DNA of 45,826 nt, from positions 372,001 through 417,826 of the forward strand of contig ML978140.1 of assembly GCA_010015805.1 (NCBI GenBank), in the 5' to 3' direction. The DNA is from Rhizodiscina lignyota. Lineage: Eukaryota. Below the pieces are notes generated by a model that saw nothing but the letters and a program-made list of their open reading frames with translations, was not told the origin of the DNA and did no database searches. Positions 31,915-44,672 of this stretch are shown here, piece by piece. Position numbers and translations under genes: made by a program. Within the stretch, counting starts at the first letter, position 1. Each line of letters opens with the position of its first letter.

Positions 31915-34900
31915 ATGTCTTCCGTCGGACGGACGCGCTCTGCGTCTCGATCGTCGAAACGGTCAGATGTCCCACCACCACCTCCTCCCCCTCCACAGCC
32001 GGTCTTGACGCCGCAACACGACGGGCGATTAGAAGCTTGTGCTGCGAGCGCATCCTTCTTCTTGTATGCGCAACGAAATGTAATCCTATGCCTTCACCAC
32101 GATACCCTCAATATCGAGCGACGCTTCGACCGACACCAAGACGATGTTATGTGGATAGTTATTGATAATGTGAGCGATCATGGAGCTGGAAGATTTGTTG
32201 TCAGCTACGATGTTGGGCAGATAGCGATTGTATGGGATCTCATGACCGGTGACGAGGTTGCGAGATTCGAATCGTATGAGGATCTTCGAAGTGCAGCGTG
32301 GATGAAGAATGGAAATGTCGCGTTTGGTAAGAGATATCTTGCTAATATGACGCTTATTCTGTGTCGCTGACAGACGCGCAGGTAATGCTGTTGGCAACGT
32401 CATTCTTTTCGAGCCGTCCACTAAGGAACATCTTTCGACGAGGACGATATATGACCCCATAACCGCACTTGCCCCAGGATCAGACAACCACACATTTGCA
32501 ATAGGGTAAGGTATCCTCTGCTGCCTGTGGATCACTCTGCTTGACGCTAATGGCCCTCAAAGATATCAAAACGGCACCATTTTCATTGCAAAGCTCCAGC
32601 CAACCTTTACTATTCTTCACACAGCATCCAGCTCAAGATATCAGCGAGATAATCCGCTCTCTGTGGTCGGCCTTGCATGGCATGGCTCCTCATCGAAGCA
32701 AAAATCTGACATGCTGGCGAGCCAAACCGCAGATGGTGACTTGCTTGTTTGGAGCGTGCCGAAGCAGCAAGGAGCCGATGCGCCCAGCATCATCAGAGAG
32801 CTTGGCAACTTTCAAGGACGCGGTCCCAGTCAGTGTTGGTTCGGTTGGTCCAAAACCGGGCGCATTGTGCAGTTGCAGGAAGGGTGAGTTTCTCAGCAGA
32901 GCCTCTATGATTTGGCCCCAATGCACCTTCGGCGACTTCTTCTAACAATTCATTACAGGCAAACGCTCGCGCATGATGTACGTACGAAAAAGGTAGTGAG
33001 CGTAGCAGTACCGACGATCGATGGAATAATCGGAATGGCAAACTTCGGTCCGACCGCGACCGTGTTTACGCTTGGTCGTGGTCATACGGTTCAGCAGTAC
33101 GACATTAATCCAGCCAATACACCCATGCTGGTCCGGGAAGCGCATCATGTATTGGCCAATTTGCCGCCGTCACCCCCTAATTCGATCGAGGAGCAAAGGG
33201 CCGCCGAAAGAAATTCGAAAGGGTCACGGGGCTCCGGTTCGGCAATGCCAGTCTTCTTGGAGGCGGTGAGCAGTGAAGATGAGGGACCCCAGGGCATGTC
33301 GCCTCTGGCAAAGATATCTCAGGAGATCGATGCTATCGAGGACGAGATGCGTGATCAAGTTCCTCCTATGGCCAGCCCAGTCTCCAGCAGGAGCTCTGTT
33401 ACCTCCAGCACCCGCTCGTCAGGTCGCCGATCTGGCGGGAGCAGACATCGAAACGACCGCACGACATCGCGTAAAGCACCCTCAATCTACTCTAGTACCT
33501 CCGGAGCTCAAAGTGAGACGACCTTCTTCTCTTCAGGTTCCAGCATCCGAAGTGGATCGTTGGCCAGTGGAAGAGAGAGCGTCTCGTTGAGATCTGTGTC
33601 ATCAGCAGCTTCTTCGAGACACGGTACCTCAAGATTACGACAAGAACTCCTCCGCAGTCCCGACGAAGCTAAGCAGACCAAGTTGATGGACCTGTTCCCT
33701 TATGTCAAAGCGCGCCTGAGTGAAGTTGAGTTCAGATCTCCGAGATACGAAGGCCTTTCAGTGGACGACCTAAGACTGCAAATGCTCAGCATTGTGTTTG
33801 GATGGGACGAGGATATTGAGGATCTCATCCATGACGAGCGTAAGTGTTCCGCGCAAATTAATGACAACCGTAGTAACGTTTGGTCAAATAGATTCCCGGC
33901 ATCAGCCTGGAACAGCCAGCTCCGTCCTCTTATCAAAGTGGCTCGGCGACTCTGAAGCGGACATGGCAGCAGCAATGATTGGCTCCGAATCGATGACTTC
34001 CGACGACTGGATGTTCCTCGCTCTCAGCAGCATGAGCAATTCGCAAAAGTCACAGAAGAAGGTCGCAGAGACTTTCGTACAGAGACTTCTGGAGAAAGGC
34101 GATATCCATCCTGCAGTGGCGATCCTCCTCGGGCTCGGTGAGCCAAGCGACGCAATTGAGGTATACGTGTCGACACATTACTTCATGGAAGCAGTCCTTT
34201 TGACCTGCTTCATATACCCGCGAGACTGGCAACGAATTTCACATTTGGTGAGGAAATGGGGTGAGAGAGCGGTCATTGAGAAGCAGCCTAACCTTGCCGT
34301 TCGCTGCTTCTCATGCACGAGCATTGAAGCGTCCGAAGCGTATCTCTCACCTCGTGCACAGGATGCCGCTTATGCCGCCCAGCAAGCGCACATTTTGGGT
34401 GCTCTCAGCCCCCCACTGTCACCTCCAGGCTCCTCGGGCCTACCACAGAGGATGAAGCCGGAAATGGCTGGATTGAAGCTCATCACGAACTTTAACAACC
34501 AAAAGCAAAATCCAGCGACTGCGATTGGTGTCACGCCAATCGCTGAATCAGCTATCACTCCCGGCGGCGCGAATCTCAGACCTCGTCGTATCGACCCAAT
34601 GTCCGCACGAACTGCTACCCCTGGCGGCTATACTCGAACCCGTATGCCATCCCAGTCGAGACTTGATCGAAGCGCCATTGCAGAACACACTCCTCTTGCT
34701 ACAAATACACGATCGGCGTTGCCCTTAACTGCAGTGCAAGCTTCCAGAGACGCGTTCGACCGACCATCATCGCGTGCGAGCAGGACCAGCAGAGCTCACT
34801 CTCTCAGCAGCGCTGCAAGCGTGGCAAGCGCAGCAAGCCGGAGCGGAGACCTGAGGCCACCTGAGCAAGAGTTATCAGTGCTGAGTCCAGTAGCTTATGA

Positions 34901-37520
34901 CCCTAAGGCACCCAAGCAAGCTGAAGCGCTTCCCTCGCCAGCGCATGGAGTGTTCGACGCACTGAAGTCTAGAAATAGGTCACGGAACGACTCTCGAGGA
35001 CGCAAGCCGGACAGTCTGGATCTCAGCCTGAAAGATGCCGTAATTGTTGAGACTGGGCCTGAGACTGCGGACACTGGCTACCAGACAGAAGTCACTGAGG
35101 CGACGACTGCATCGCGCTTGACCGCAGAACGCCTTGGGGCACCAAGCCCTCCGTTGACAGGTGTGAGCTTGGCAAGCGCCAAGGTCAGGAGTATTGACAA
35201 CTACATTAGCAGTCTCCAGGAAGCAAACTACTATGCTGAGCAGCAACGACAGGTAGACAGAGAGCGCGCCTCGAGCCGTGGGGCCAGAGCTCCAAGCAGA
35301 AATCGCCATCGCGAACACTCGGAGAATCGCGGCCGTAGCAACGTGCGATATATCAAGTCCGCGAAGCGCTCACCTTCGTCACCCGTGTCAATGTCCCCTG
35401 ATGACCCTGCACTTCAGGTCACCAGAGACACTTTTGACGATGAGAATTTCTACAGAGTTACGTCTCCAGTAGATGCCGCTCCAGCGCCCAGAGGACGTAG
35501 CAGGAGCCATCCACGAGGAACATCGAAGCAGCGATCTGCCTCTAAGACCTCCAGACGACCCGAATCACCTGGAAGTATGAGATCAGGCCGGTCATCAAGC
35601 AAAGTGAAGCCATTGAAGATTCCTAGCCGTCGCACGAGTCCGGATAGGAACTTGCTCAGCGCTACACGTGGCAGAAGCCAGCTTCGCGAAGGGTCCTTCC
35701 AGCGATCGCCATCGTCACCGCTGCCCATGTCCGCACAAGCTCAATTCTACAAGGACGATGAGGTGGATGACAAAGCTCACTCTGCGGGCTCGGCTGGGTC
35801 TGGCTCTGATCGCGAGCGTGGTGAAGGCCGCGAACGGATCGGAGAACGTGTGAGATCCCGCCAACGAAGCACCAGCCGAAGGCATGACGGTCGATCGGCG
35901 AGCAACCGCCGCGAAAGATCTCCTGACCGCCATCGGCCGCGAGAGCGATCGGTGAGCAGGAATCCCGCAAGGGAACCACTTCCCGACTTGTCAGAGGAAG
36001 GTTCAGGCTCGCCCCTACCTCGCAAGGCATCGACAAGGACGGCATCAAGGTCTCGAATGCCCAAGCTGCAGACAAATCTCTCTGACAGTCTTCTTATGAC
36101 GCGAAAGGCGCTCGCTGCAAAGGAGCTTGAGGAGCGCCGCTTGTCTCTTGCACGTCGCACGCCCGCACCGGTTACCCATCCTGATGAGATTGAGAAGAGC
36201 CGCTCTCCATTGATGGCACGCTCTCCCCTGGCGATGACTGACTCGATCCAGACGCCGCTCTCAGCAATTAGCGATCGCCGACCAGAGTTCCCAGCTATGC
36301 CTCCTCAAGACAAAGTCACTGGAACGTCCACCTCATCTGTCCCGATCGGCCTTCCTGCGACCCCTCGTGCGATGAGGCATCCCAAGTATATGACTGCTGA
36401 TCCCAACGAAGCTGAAGATGTTCCTGCCATCCCAGAGATCCCCAGCAACTTTGCACAAAGGGGAGAAGATCTCAGCAAGGAAGCTGAAGACGTTCCGACA
36501 CTACTCCCAGCAACGACCTTTGGCCAGAAGGCACCACCGCGGTCTGCTTCCGTGCCACTCGAGCGAATCGCTGGCCAACGTCGTGGCTCTCTTGGTAATA
36601 ATACTTCCTCACACGTACGGAAGAGCTCGGCATCGGGGCCGGTTGTAGTCGCCAGCATCGATGAGACCATCTCCGATAGCCAAGTCGTCATCATCGAGGA
36701 ACCAACTTCTCCTGCCGCCCCTCCACCACTCCTCCCAGAGCTCCAACACCTCGCCGGACCTCCTCCACCTCCACCTCCTCCAAACGTGTACCAACGGCGC
36801 ACCGAGAACAATGGCGGCGCACCCAGCGGCGTCATCAACATCGCCATCGACGAGAATGGCCCGCTCGAGCGCCATGGCACCCCGGCCACCGCTTCAACCA
36901 CAACTGGCACCGTCCCAACACTCTCCAGCTCTTCTCGCGCAACTACACCAGCCATCGACTCCATGCGCGGCCCCACCCCCTCCGCATCCCCTCAGATGCA
37001 CCGCCGCGGCCGCGGTTCCGTTGGCGGCGACCTAGGAAGCAAATTCCGCAACGTGCGCGACCGCATGCGCTCAACGAGCCGCTCGCGCGTCAAGTCCCCT
37101 CCTCTCGAGAGCTTCACACCCTCACCGTACGAGAGTGTCACCATGCCGACCAACTTTCCCCCGCAATTTCAGCGCACCGCCAGCCCGCCCCAGCCAGCGC
37201 ACGACTACCAGAGCATGATGCCGCCGCCCCCTCCGCCTGTCCCGAGCCTGCCAGTGCATGAGGGTGAGATGGGTGCGTTGGTCGAGGTGCCGAGTAAGAG
37301 CAACACGCCGGCACCGTATGGGGGTTACAGGAATCCTAAAGAGATCAGGGCAAATATGGCGGCTGAGCAGCAGGTGCCCCAAGAGAGCTTGGAGCAGCAG
37401 CCGCCGAGCAAGAGCACCACGCCGTATCAGGGGTATAGGAATCCGAAGGAGATCAGGGCGAATATGCCGCCTGATATGCTGCAGCAGGGGGTATACCAAC
37501 CGCCGGCTAGTATGATGTGA
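31915..37520 (+). CDS. Large WD40-repeat protein with central helical (Gemin5-TPR-like) region and long R/S/P-rich tail, ~1788 aa, exons 31915-32326, 32382-32505, 32563-32883, 32959-33839, 33892-37520
   Basis: WD-type blades (VVSYD..IAIVWDL, LASQTADGDLLVWSV). Four GT-AG introns keep the frame. Helical block VQRLLEKGDIHPAVAILLGLGEPSDAIEVYV. The Gemin5-TPR resemblance is from memory and unverified. Confidence 0.85.
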
Positions 37521-38394
37521 GCACGGCAAGTGCGAAAGAGGTGTGAGAAGAGTTTTCCATGAGAATCGCGGTGTTATGAGCATCGCACTTTGGCACGCGT
37601 TTGCATGACGGCTACGCGCAGCGTCTCGGGAGTTGGCGCTTCACTTCTCAGCGCCCTTTTTATTCCGAAAGCAACAGATTTGCATCTAACGGCCTCCTCC
37701 ATTCACCATTCGAGTATCTTGGCATGTATATCCTTTTCTCGCGATGGTCCGGGCGGACCTCGCGTCTATTATGACGATGAGCGTTGCTTTTTGGCAATTT
37801 GTCTTTGGCCATTTCGGAAAAACGCACACACATGGCTTTCTTCTTACCTCACATTCATGGCGGATACCCTTCTGAGACGACGACGACACCATTCTATTCA
37901 TATTGAAGCCTTTTTTATTCTTGTTATATTTCAGCGAGCAAGCGAACGAGCGAGCGAGCGAAAGGGGAATGCAGCGGAATCCCAAATTGTACATATCGAG
38001 AAACTGCATTCCTCACTGCGACCATTTTGGTATTCACTTTATCTGACGAGCGATTCAACTTCTCTCCTCTATTCCTTGCTTCGAGCGGAAACGTCTACAC
38101 GAAACAGACCAAAAAAGATAGGACCAAGCCTCGCGGCAACACCTTTCGCTTCTTGTCAGAGCTCAACGCTCTGATCCTCTTGCTAATGCTTGATAGCGGG
38201 CGTTGGCGCGTGTTCGAATCTTTTTTGAAACTTTCTAAGTCGCTCATTCCACACACGTGTATGTAGGCGCTTGGATAGGAAGGAGTGAATCGTATGGTTT
38301 CCTCAAATGTTTGTGTGTCCACAACATGTGATGCTGCTGTGAACTTGGCCAGGTGTCAGTCCAGTCGTGCCATGAAGTCTTTGCGGAGTGCTGT

Positions 38395-40284
38395 TCAAAT
38401 AGCGGCACCCTCATTTGCAGGCGTCGCAGGCGTCGCAGGCGCTGCTGGAGGAGTAGCAGGACTCCCTCCTGCGGACGCAGCACCTCCCCTTGCCATACCC
38501 CCTCGCCCGCCTCTACCACCTCCCCTACCTCTTCCGAAATGTCCGCCACCACCTCTTGGAGCCTGCGGCTGTCCCCGTCCGCCCGTACCGCCTTCCCGTT
38601 TCTCTAATATCACAACAGCGCCCTCAGCAACCTTCACCGGACTCGCTTTGATCGCCGCCTCGAGGCCCTCGGGCGATTCAAAGGTGGCATACGCAAAGCC
38701 CTTGCGCTTGTCGATCTCGACGTTCTCGACGTTTCCGAAGGTGGAAAGAGCAGTTTGGAGCAGCACTTCAGTGATGCCTTGGGAGGGGTTGGCGTGCTTG
38801 AGGAAGGCTTGGCGGCCTGACGATGGCGGAGAGGATGTTGATTGCGAGGGAGATGGCGTAGCTGTTACGCTTGCTGCTGATGTTGCTGATACAGCTGAGG
38901 GCGTGGGACTCGCACGGGCCGCAGCTGGTCCGGTTGGAGGTCTCTGTGGTGGGTGCTGTTGCGCTGCTGGGCCTGTGGGGGCTTTCTTCAAGATTGTAGG
39001 TGCAGGTGCTGCGGCAGACGGACTTTGATCACTATTCTTTTCCGCAAGAGCGGCTTTGTGCGCTCGGCGTTCGGCACGCGTGGGCTTGTTGTCCTTCTTC
39101 GGGCTGCGAGTGTCCGATGTCGAAGCTGCTGCCGCCGCTGGAGCAGTTGGCGGAGTTGCAGGAGCAGCATCCTTTGGTGCTGTTGATGGCTCCGTGTGTT
39201 TGGCAGAGTCTCCTGCCAGCTCACGTTTGCCACGTCGTCCGCCAGCTCCAGGGCCAATGCCCAAGTCTCGCTGGAGCATCTTCGCCGCGATGCTGGCATT
39301 GCCACGCTCTCTCTTACGCTCCGCTGCTGGCTTGGGTGGTGTTGCAGTCGGAGTATTCTCAGTTGCGGGCGTAGAAGCCGAGGTAGACGACGCAGCAGCC
39401 TCTTTATTAAGGACCTTGACCGCCTCTTTCGCTGCTCGATCGGCTTTGCTTAACTTCTTGCCCTTCTCTGGAGACGCTGTTGCGTCCCGTGCTGCTTTTG
39501 CGGACGCCTTCTTCCCCTCGCCCTTCTCACTGCTCTTATCCTCCTTCGACTCCTGGCGTGCATGCTTGCCGCCCTTTCCACCAGACGAACCTTTCTCTTT
39601 CGCAGCTTTCTCCTTAGCTGCCTTCTTCTCCCGCAGATGTTCTATGAGCGGTGTGGTAAGGACTTCCTTTTTATCTACCGCATCTGCGGACTTACCGTCA
39701 ACTTCTGCCGCTGTAGGCTTAGGAGCAGGATTTGTGAGGCTCTCAAGGAAAGCTTGGAATTCACTGTCTTGGTCTATGAGGCCCTGGCGAGCGTCATTTC
39801 TACGCTTGCCGCTTGGTATGCGCGTGTACGGTGCGAATTCGAGGGATGGAGGACCAATGAGCGCGGCATCTTTCATCGTATTCTTTGCGTCGTTAAATGT
39901 AGTCGTGCGAACCTTCTCGGAGAGTGCTTGGAGATGAGTTTGCGAGGTGAGGTGGATATACGCCCGCGAAGGTCTAGAGGGTTTCGCCAAACTGATAGAT
40001 TTAGTATACTCAATATAGAGTCAATGACTGCGTCCGTACTCTCTCGACACTTTGCCTGACTTGTATTCCCTCCAATCGACTTTCCCCTGGCCTACTTTCC
40101 ACTCATCTCCCAGGGCAGCTTCGAATTCCGCTTGGGTGAGGCCTGGTGGTAGACGGCGCAAGACAAGCTTCAAGCGTGGGGCGGACGCTTTACCCGGCGA
40201 CGTATTGCTTGAGTTTGAATGTTTCTGGAGGACAGCGGTAGGCATTGGCAGGACGCCGCCTGCTGCATGTGATGGAGGCACCAT
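38395..40284 (-). CDS. UPF3: Nonsense-mediated decay factor Upf3 with extra C-terminal RRM and RGG tail, ~613 aa, exons 40284-40040, 39991-38395
   Basis: Smg4/UPF3 domain RLKLVLRRLPPGLTQAEF...GKVSR(D)LAKPSRPSRAYIH...EFAPY...GLIDQDSEFQAFLESL...TTPLIEHLR. 48-nt intron. Confidence 0.93.
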
Positions 40285-40756
40285 GTTGCTGTCATTTAAT
40301 CGTGGGGAGGTCGGAAGCTGGAGTTGATAAAGTGAAATTGAAGATGCACCGAAGCGATGTGCAGTGACGAATGCCGGTTGGCCCCTGCACCCACCATTTG
40401 GCGGCGTGGGCGGCTCGGCGGCACCCTGAGATCTCGTGGGCACCCATGGCCACCGCATCCACCGCAGAACGATATCTAATTCTACGCCATATCCATATAC
40501 CTACCATTCCCTCGACAGAATGCCGACTTTCGTTGTACGATTGGCATGCTAACCATCCTCACGACCTCGTCCCGCTCCTAATACACAGCCGTACTCTCAC
40601 CACCTCCACCTTCACCTCCGTACTCGCTGACATATCGCCGCCCCCTTCGCCCTCCGTCTGGTCACACGATAGACCCCAGACCCCTCCGCAATTCCCCAGC
40701 TTTTCGCACAACTTCCACAAGACTGACGCGCTGCGCAGTCTAGCCCCATCAACAGC

Positions 40757-42293
40757 ATGACCAGAGACAGCGATGTCCCGCAGCCGGGCCCGGCGCGGTT
40801 ATCAAAAGGAGCAGGACCAGACGAATGGCTCGAGCAGGCGAAGCAGTGCAAGTATCTGCCCGAGTCGGACATGAAGCGGCTGTGCGAGATTGTGAAGGAA
40901 CACCTCATGGAAGGTCGGTTTTGAATTCTCAAGATCATCCCAAAACGCGGCGCTCTTTGAGCGAGGCTTTAGACAGCGCCGGGTACCACTACTAGGACAG
41001 TTACACACTTACGTTTGACTATGCAGAATCCAACATCCAACCCGTTCGAACGCCCGTCACCGTCTGTGGCGATATTCATGGCCAGTTCTACGACCTGCTC
41101 GAACTCTTCCGCGTCGCAGGCGGCATGCCTTGCGACCCGTCCGTTTCTCCCACCCCAGCGCCAGATGCCGCGACATCTCCTCAAGCCTCGCCAGCACCGA
41201 CAAGGCCGATGATTAGGGCGGAGGACATTGAGCCACCTACGCAAATCACTGACGTCAAAGTCAAGAGGAAGATGAAGAGGCGCTTCCAGAGAGACCCTAA
41301 TTATATTGCACCGGTGAAGAGCGACGAAGAGGACGAGGATGAAGATATGGAGGATGACGTGCGCGGGAGGATACGGAGTAGGAGTATGAATAGCGGCATG
41401 GGGGACGAGGACGATGAAGAGGAAGAGGAGAGTGGAGGAGGAAGTGGAGACGCTGGGAGCCCGAGCCAGAACTACGTATTCTTAGGTGACTTTGTGGACC
41501 GGGGATATTTCAGTTTGGAGACCTTTACGTTATTATTATGCTTGAAGGCAAAGTGAGCGCCTAAACTGCATATCCCGCAAAAGCCAATACAGTGCTAATA
41601 CGTCTCACAGATTCCCAGACCGGGTTACTCTCGTCAGAGGCAATCACGAATCCCGCCAGATCACCCAAGTATATGGATTCTATGAAGAGTGCCAGACAAA
41701 GTATGGCAACGCATCAGTATGGAAGGCGTGCTGTCAAGTCTTCGACTTCCTTGCACTTGCCGCTGTCGTTGATGGCAAGGTACTTTGCGTGCACGGTGGC
41801 CTGAGTCCCGAAATCAGGACACTGGATCAAATCCGTGTAGTCGCGAGGGCACAGGAGATTCCGCATGAAGGAGCGTTCTGCGACCTGGTGTGGAGTGATC
41901 CTGACGAGGTGGATACCTGGGCGATCAGCCCGAGAGGAGCAGGTTGGCTATTTGGTGACAAAGTCGCTACCGAGGTAAGTTTCCCGTCCCTCCACGCACA
42001 CATTTTTTTGACCAGAGTACCTGACCTTTTCCCAGTTCAACCACGTAAACGGTCTCCAACTCATCGCCCGAGCGCACCAGCTCGTACAGGAGGGCTACAA
42101 ATACCACTTCAAGGACAAGGACGTCGTGACCGTGTGGTCCGCGCCAAACTACTGCTACAGATGCGGCAACGTCGCGAGCATAATGAGCCTGGGCGAGGAC
42201 TTGGATCCAAAGTTCACCATATTCAGCGCCGTGCCGGATCACAGGAGGGCTGTGCCGCAAGGGAGGGGAACGAGAGGAGAGTACTTCCTCTGA
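40757..42293 (+). CDS. SIT4: PP6/Sit4-type Ser/Thr phosphatase catalytic subunit, ~434 aa, exons 40757-40913, 41027-41552, 41611-41974, 42036-42293
   Basis: GPDEWLE N-terminus as in Sit4, plus GDIHG, GDFVDRG, RGNHE, HGGLSP, RAHQL, SAPNY and a C-terminal YFL*. Confidence 0.95.
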
Positions 42294-43039
42294 GGCGTTA
42301 GCTAAGCGTAATCCGAGTCCAGGATGGTTTGGCGGTTGCGGGTTGGAAGGACTAAGGGGATGCGAAATAGATCTTGCATATTGTTTGGGACGATGATACG
42401 AGAGCGCCGGGCAAAGAGCCCAGGCGGTTGTACCATACGCTTCTTTCAGTCGGTGTATGAATATTCATTTTGATGTGACTGGTGATGGCCTCTTGAACGG
42501 ACTTCGAGGACGTATGTTCATTCTAACACGAGTCTGTAACCGTAGAGCACAGGCTCATTTTGTGTCCCAACGTGTTAGCCGATAGTGGAGGACTATTTGC
42601 CAGAGGGTTTGAGGTTGCATGCGTTCTTTACTATTACGGAGCAATCACAGTTTCGAGAGAAACCTTGATGCAGGCCAGCCAATCTTGGCGGATCCGGGGA
42701 ATTGGCTATCGTCCGTTGTTCAACGCAGAACGGAGCGTGCTGTTCACCGAAGCGGTTGCTACATGAAATGTGCAAGCTGATACTCGACTGATATAACTGC
42801 ATGTCTTGAACACCCACGATTGATCCAGTCTTCTTTAGAACAGTATGGAATTAAAGCCTGCTTCTGCACATGTGATGTCTTTCAGATCCTTCAGCCTCGT
42901 CTCGATTTAGCTCGCTCAGCCTTCTCTCTTAAAAGATCAAAACTTTCTGTCCTTGTTTAATTGACGTTTCGATCACTTGAGACAATGTTAACCATTTAGA
43001 AACATCATGTTCCAGTAATGCTGAACACAGGCTCTAATC

Positions 43040-44672
43040 ATGCCGGAGCCGATAACCATTGTGAGCGCCGCGCTGGGCACAGCTACAAGCGCTCTCAGCC
43101 TAGCGAAGGCCACGTCCGATCTCATCACCGGAATCAAGGCGGCACCAAATCACATCACTAGGCTCTCAACTGATCTGAAGGGGCTCTATGTCGTGCTCGG
43201 AACGTTGGAATCTGCATTGGCAATTGAGACCCAAAACATTACCGAAAGGCTTCCAGCGCAGATGGCTGAAAACATGCAAGAGCTTTTGGACAATTGTGTG
43301 GAATGCCTGAATGATGCAACGATGTTGATCCGGGGCTACGTTGGCCATGACAGGCGTGCCAATATCGGACGCTGGAAAGCCATTAAATGGGAATTGCATA
43401 AAAAGAGCGAAGCAGCGGCGCTTCAAAAGAGTTTGTGTGGCTACAAGTTGACATTGGGCATCGCTTGTTCATCATTAAATTTGTAAGAGCTTCTTGATAC
43501 AATTGTGCTGTTAGCTGCTATGTTTAGGTTGCCTGACGTATGTTAGCTTTAACTCCTCGCACACAATAGATCATGTTCAACATCTCCATCAGGACCTGAA
43601 CCATCTTGGATCTGAGCTAGGAGCGGACTTTCTCCACTTCAGGGACCGGCTCGAGGATACGGAAGTGAGATTTGTCGCGCTTAGCCCTGCACAGCGTCTC
43701 GTTGAAGGAGCATGGGACGTAGAGAGTGACCATGGCCTTCCGATGAGACGATTCTTGTCAGGGACGGCATCCATTATTTCCAAACGATCGACAATTTCCA
43801 TAAGCCCCAGTATGATACTTTCTGAGCTAGAACCTTTGGATGACGATTCAGTCATGGAGAACGGTCATGTCGAAACAAGCAGTGAGAATGGCTCGTACAC
43901 AACCGTTATGGCCATTAACAGTATGGACACGCCTAGCGGTGCCCAGATCAATTCGACTCAATGTGTCTTGTCGAGCCCGGTGCCCCAAGGAGCTTTCGTG
44001 GACTTCTCGTTACCGGAAATTCAAAGGGATCCAATATCATTCCAGCTGGAAGTTGCATCTTCTTTCCAAGGCATGTCAGCTCTCCAAGGCGAAGTAACTC
44101 CACAGGAGTCTTCGCCTGTAAATGAGTCGGAATCCAAGACATCGCATCGGCGTAATTCAGCTTCCACCCCTTCACCACTGCGAATGGGCGCAGGCCAGAT
44201 GAGCTTGAGAAAACTGCAGCGCAAATTCAATTTCCGGGATGTAAAATCGATGAACGTTCTGTCTGGTCCACAAAATGCCGGCGATAACTCCAAGGACACG
44301 GAAGCTGCTGACGAAAATATCCGAATTCCTCGCCGTAGTAATGGCACCGAAAGGAGCGACGAGGACTCCGGCCAACCTCTGCCTGTCCTATCGGAGCGAC
44401 AGTCATCGCTGAGCACAGCGATAAAGGTGCTGGCCTTCAATGAACGTGTAGAAGTTGTTTGCACATGGTCGAATAAGGAATACGATAGATATACTGCTGT
44501 TAATACCTGTGATCTTTTGAACCCAATGCTCGTGCATCAGATAAAGGAGGAAGTCAACTCCTTCAAAATGGTAGGCCTCCTCAGCACGATCGCATCGATG
44601 CATTTGAATGACTTGACTGTTTAGGAAATGGAAGTCCATGCTGAGTCGAGATGTTTCACCCACTTTTTCTAA
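43040..44672 (+). CDS. HeLo-like N-terminal domain protein with Bni4-like C-terminal PP1-binding tail, ~504 aa, exons 43040-43482, 43547-44570, 44625-44672
   Basis: N-terminus MPEPITIVSAALG...ITGIKAAPNHITRLSTDLKGL matches the fungal Helo_like_N/SesA-type pattern. Spliced C-terminus VLAFNERVEVVCTWSNKEYDR...CDLLNPMLVHQIKEEVNSFKM|EMEVHAESRCFTHFF*. Confidence 0.8.

Noticed and set aside
40757..44672. Functional link between Sit4/PP6 and the adjacent gene with a phosphatase-docking tail
   Set aside because: The Bni4-type tail is known to bind PP1, not PP6, and adjacency alone is not evidence without conserved synteny.
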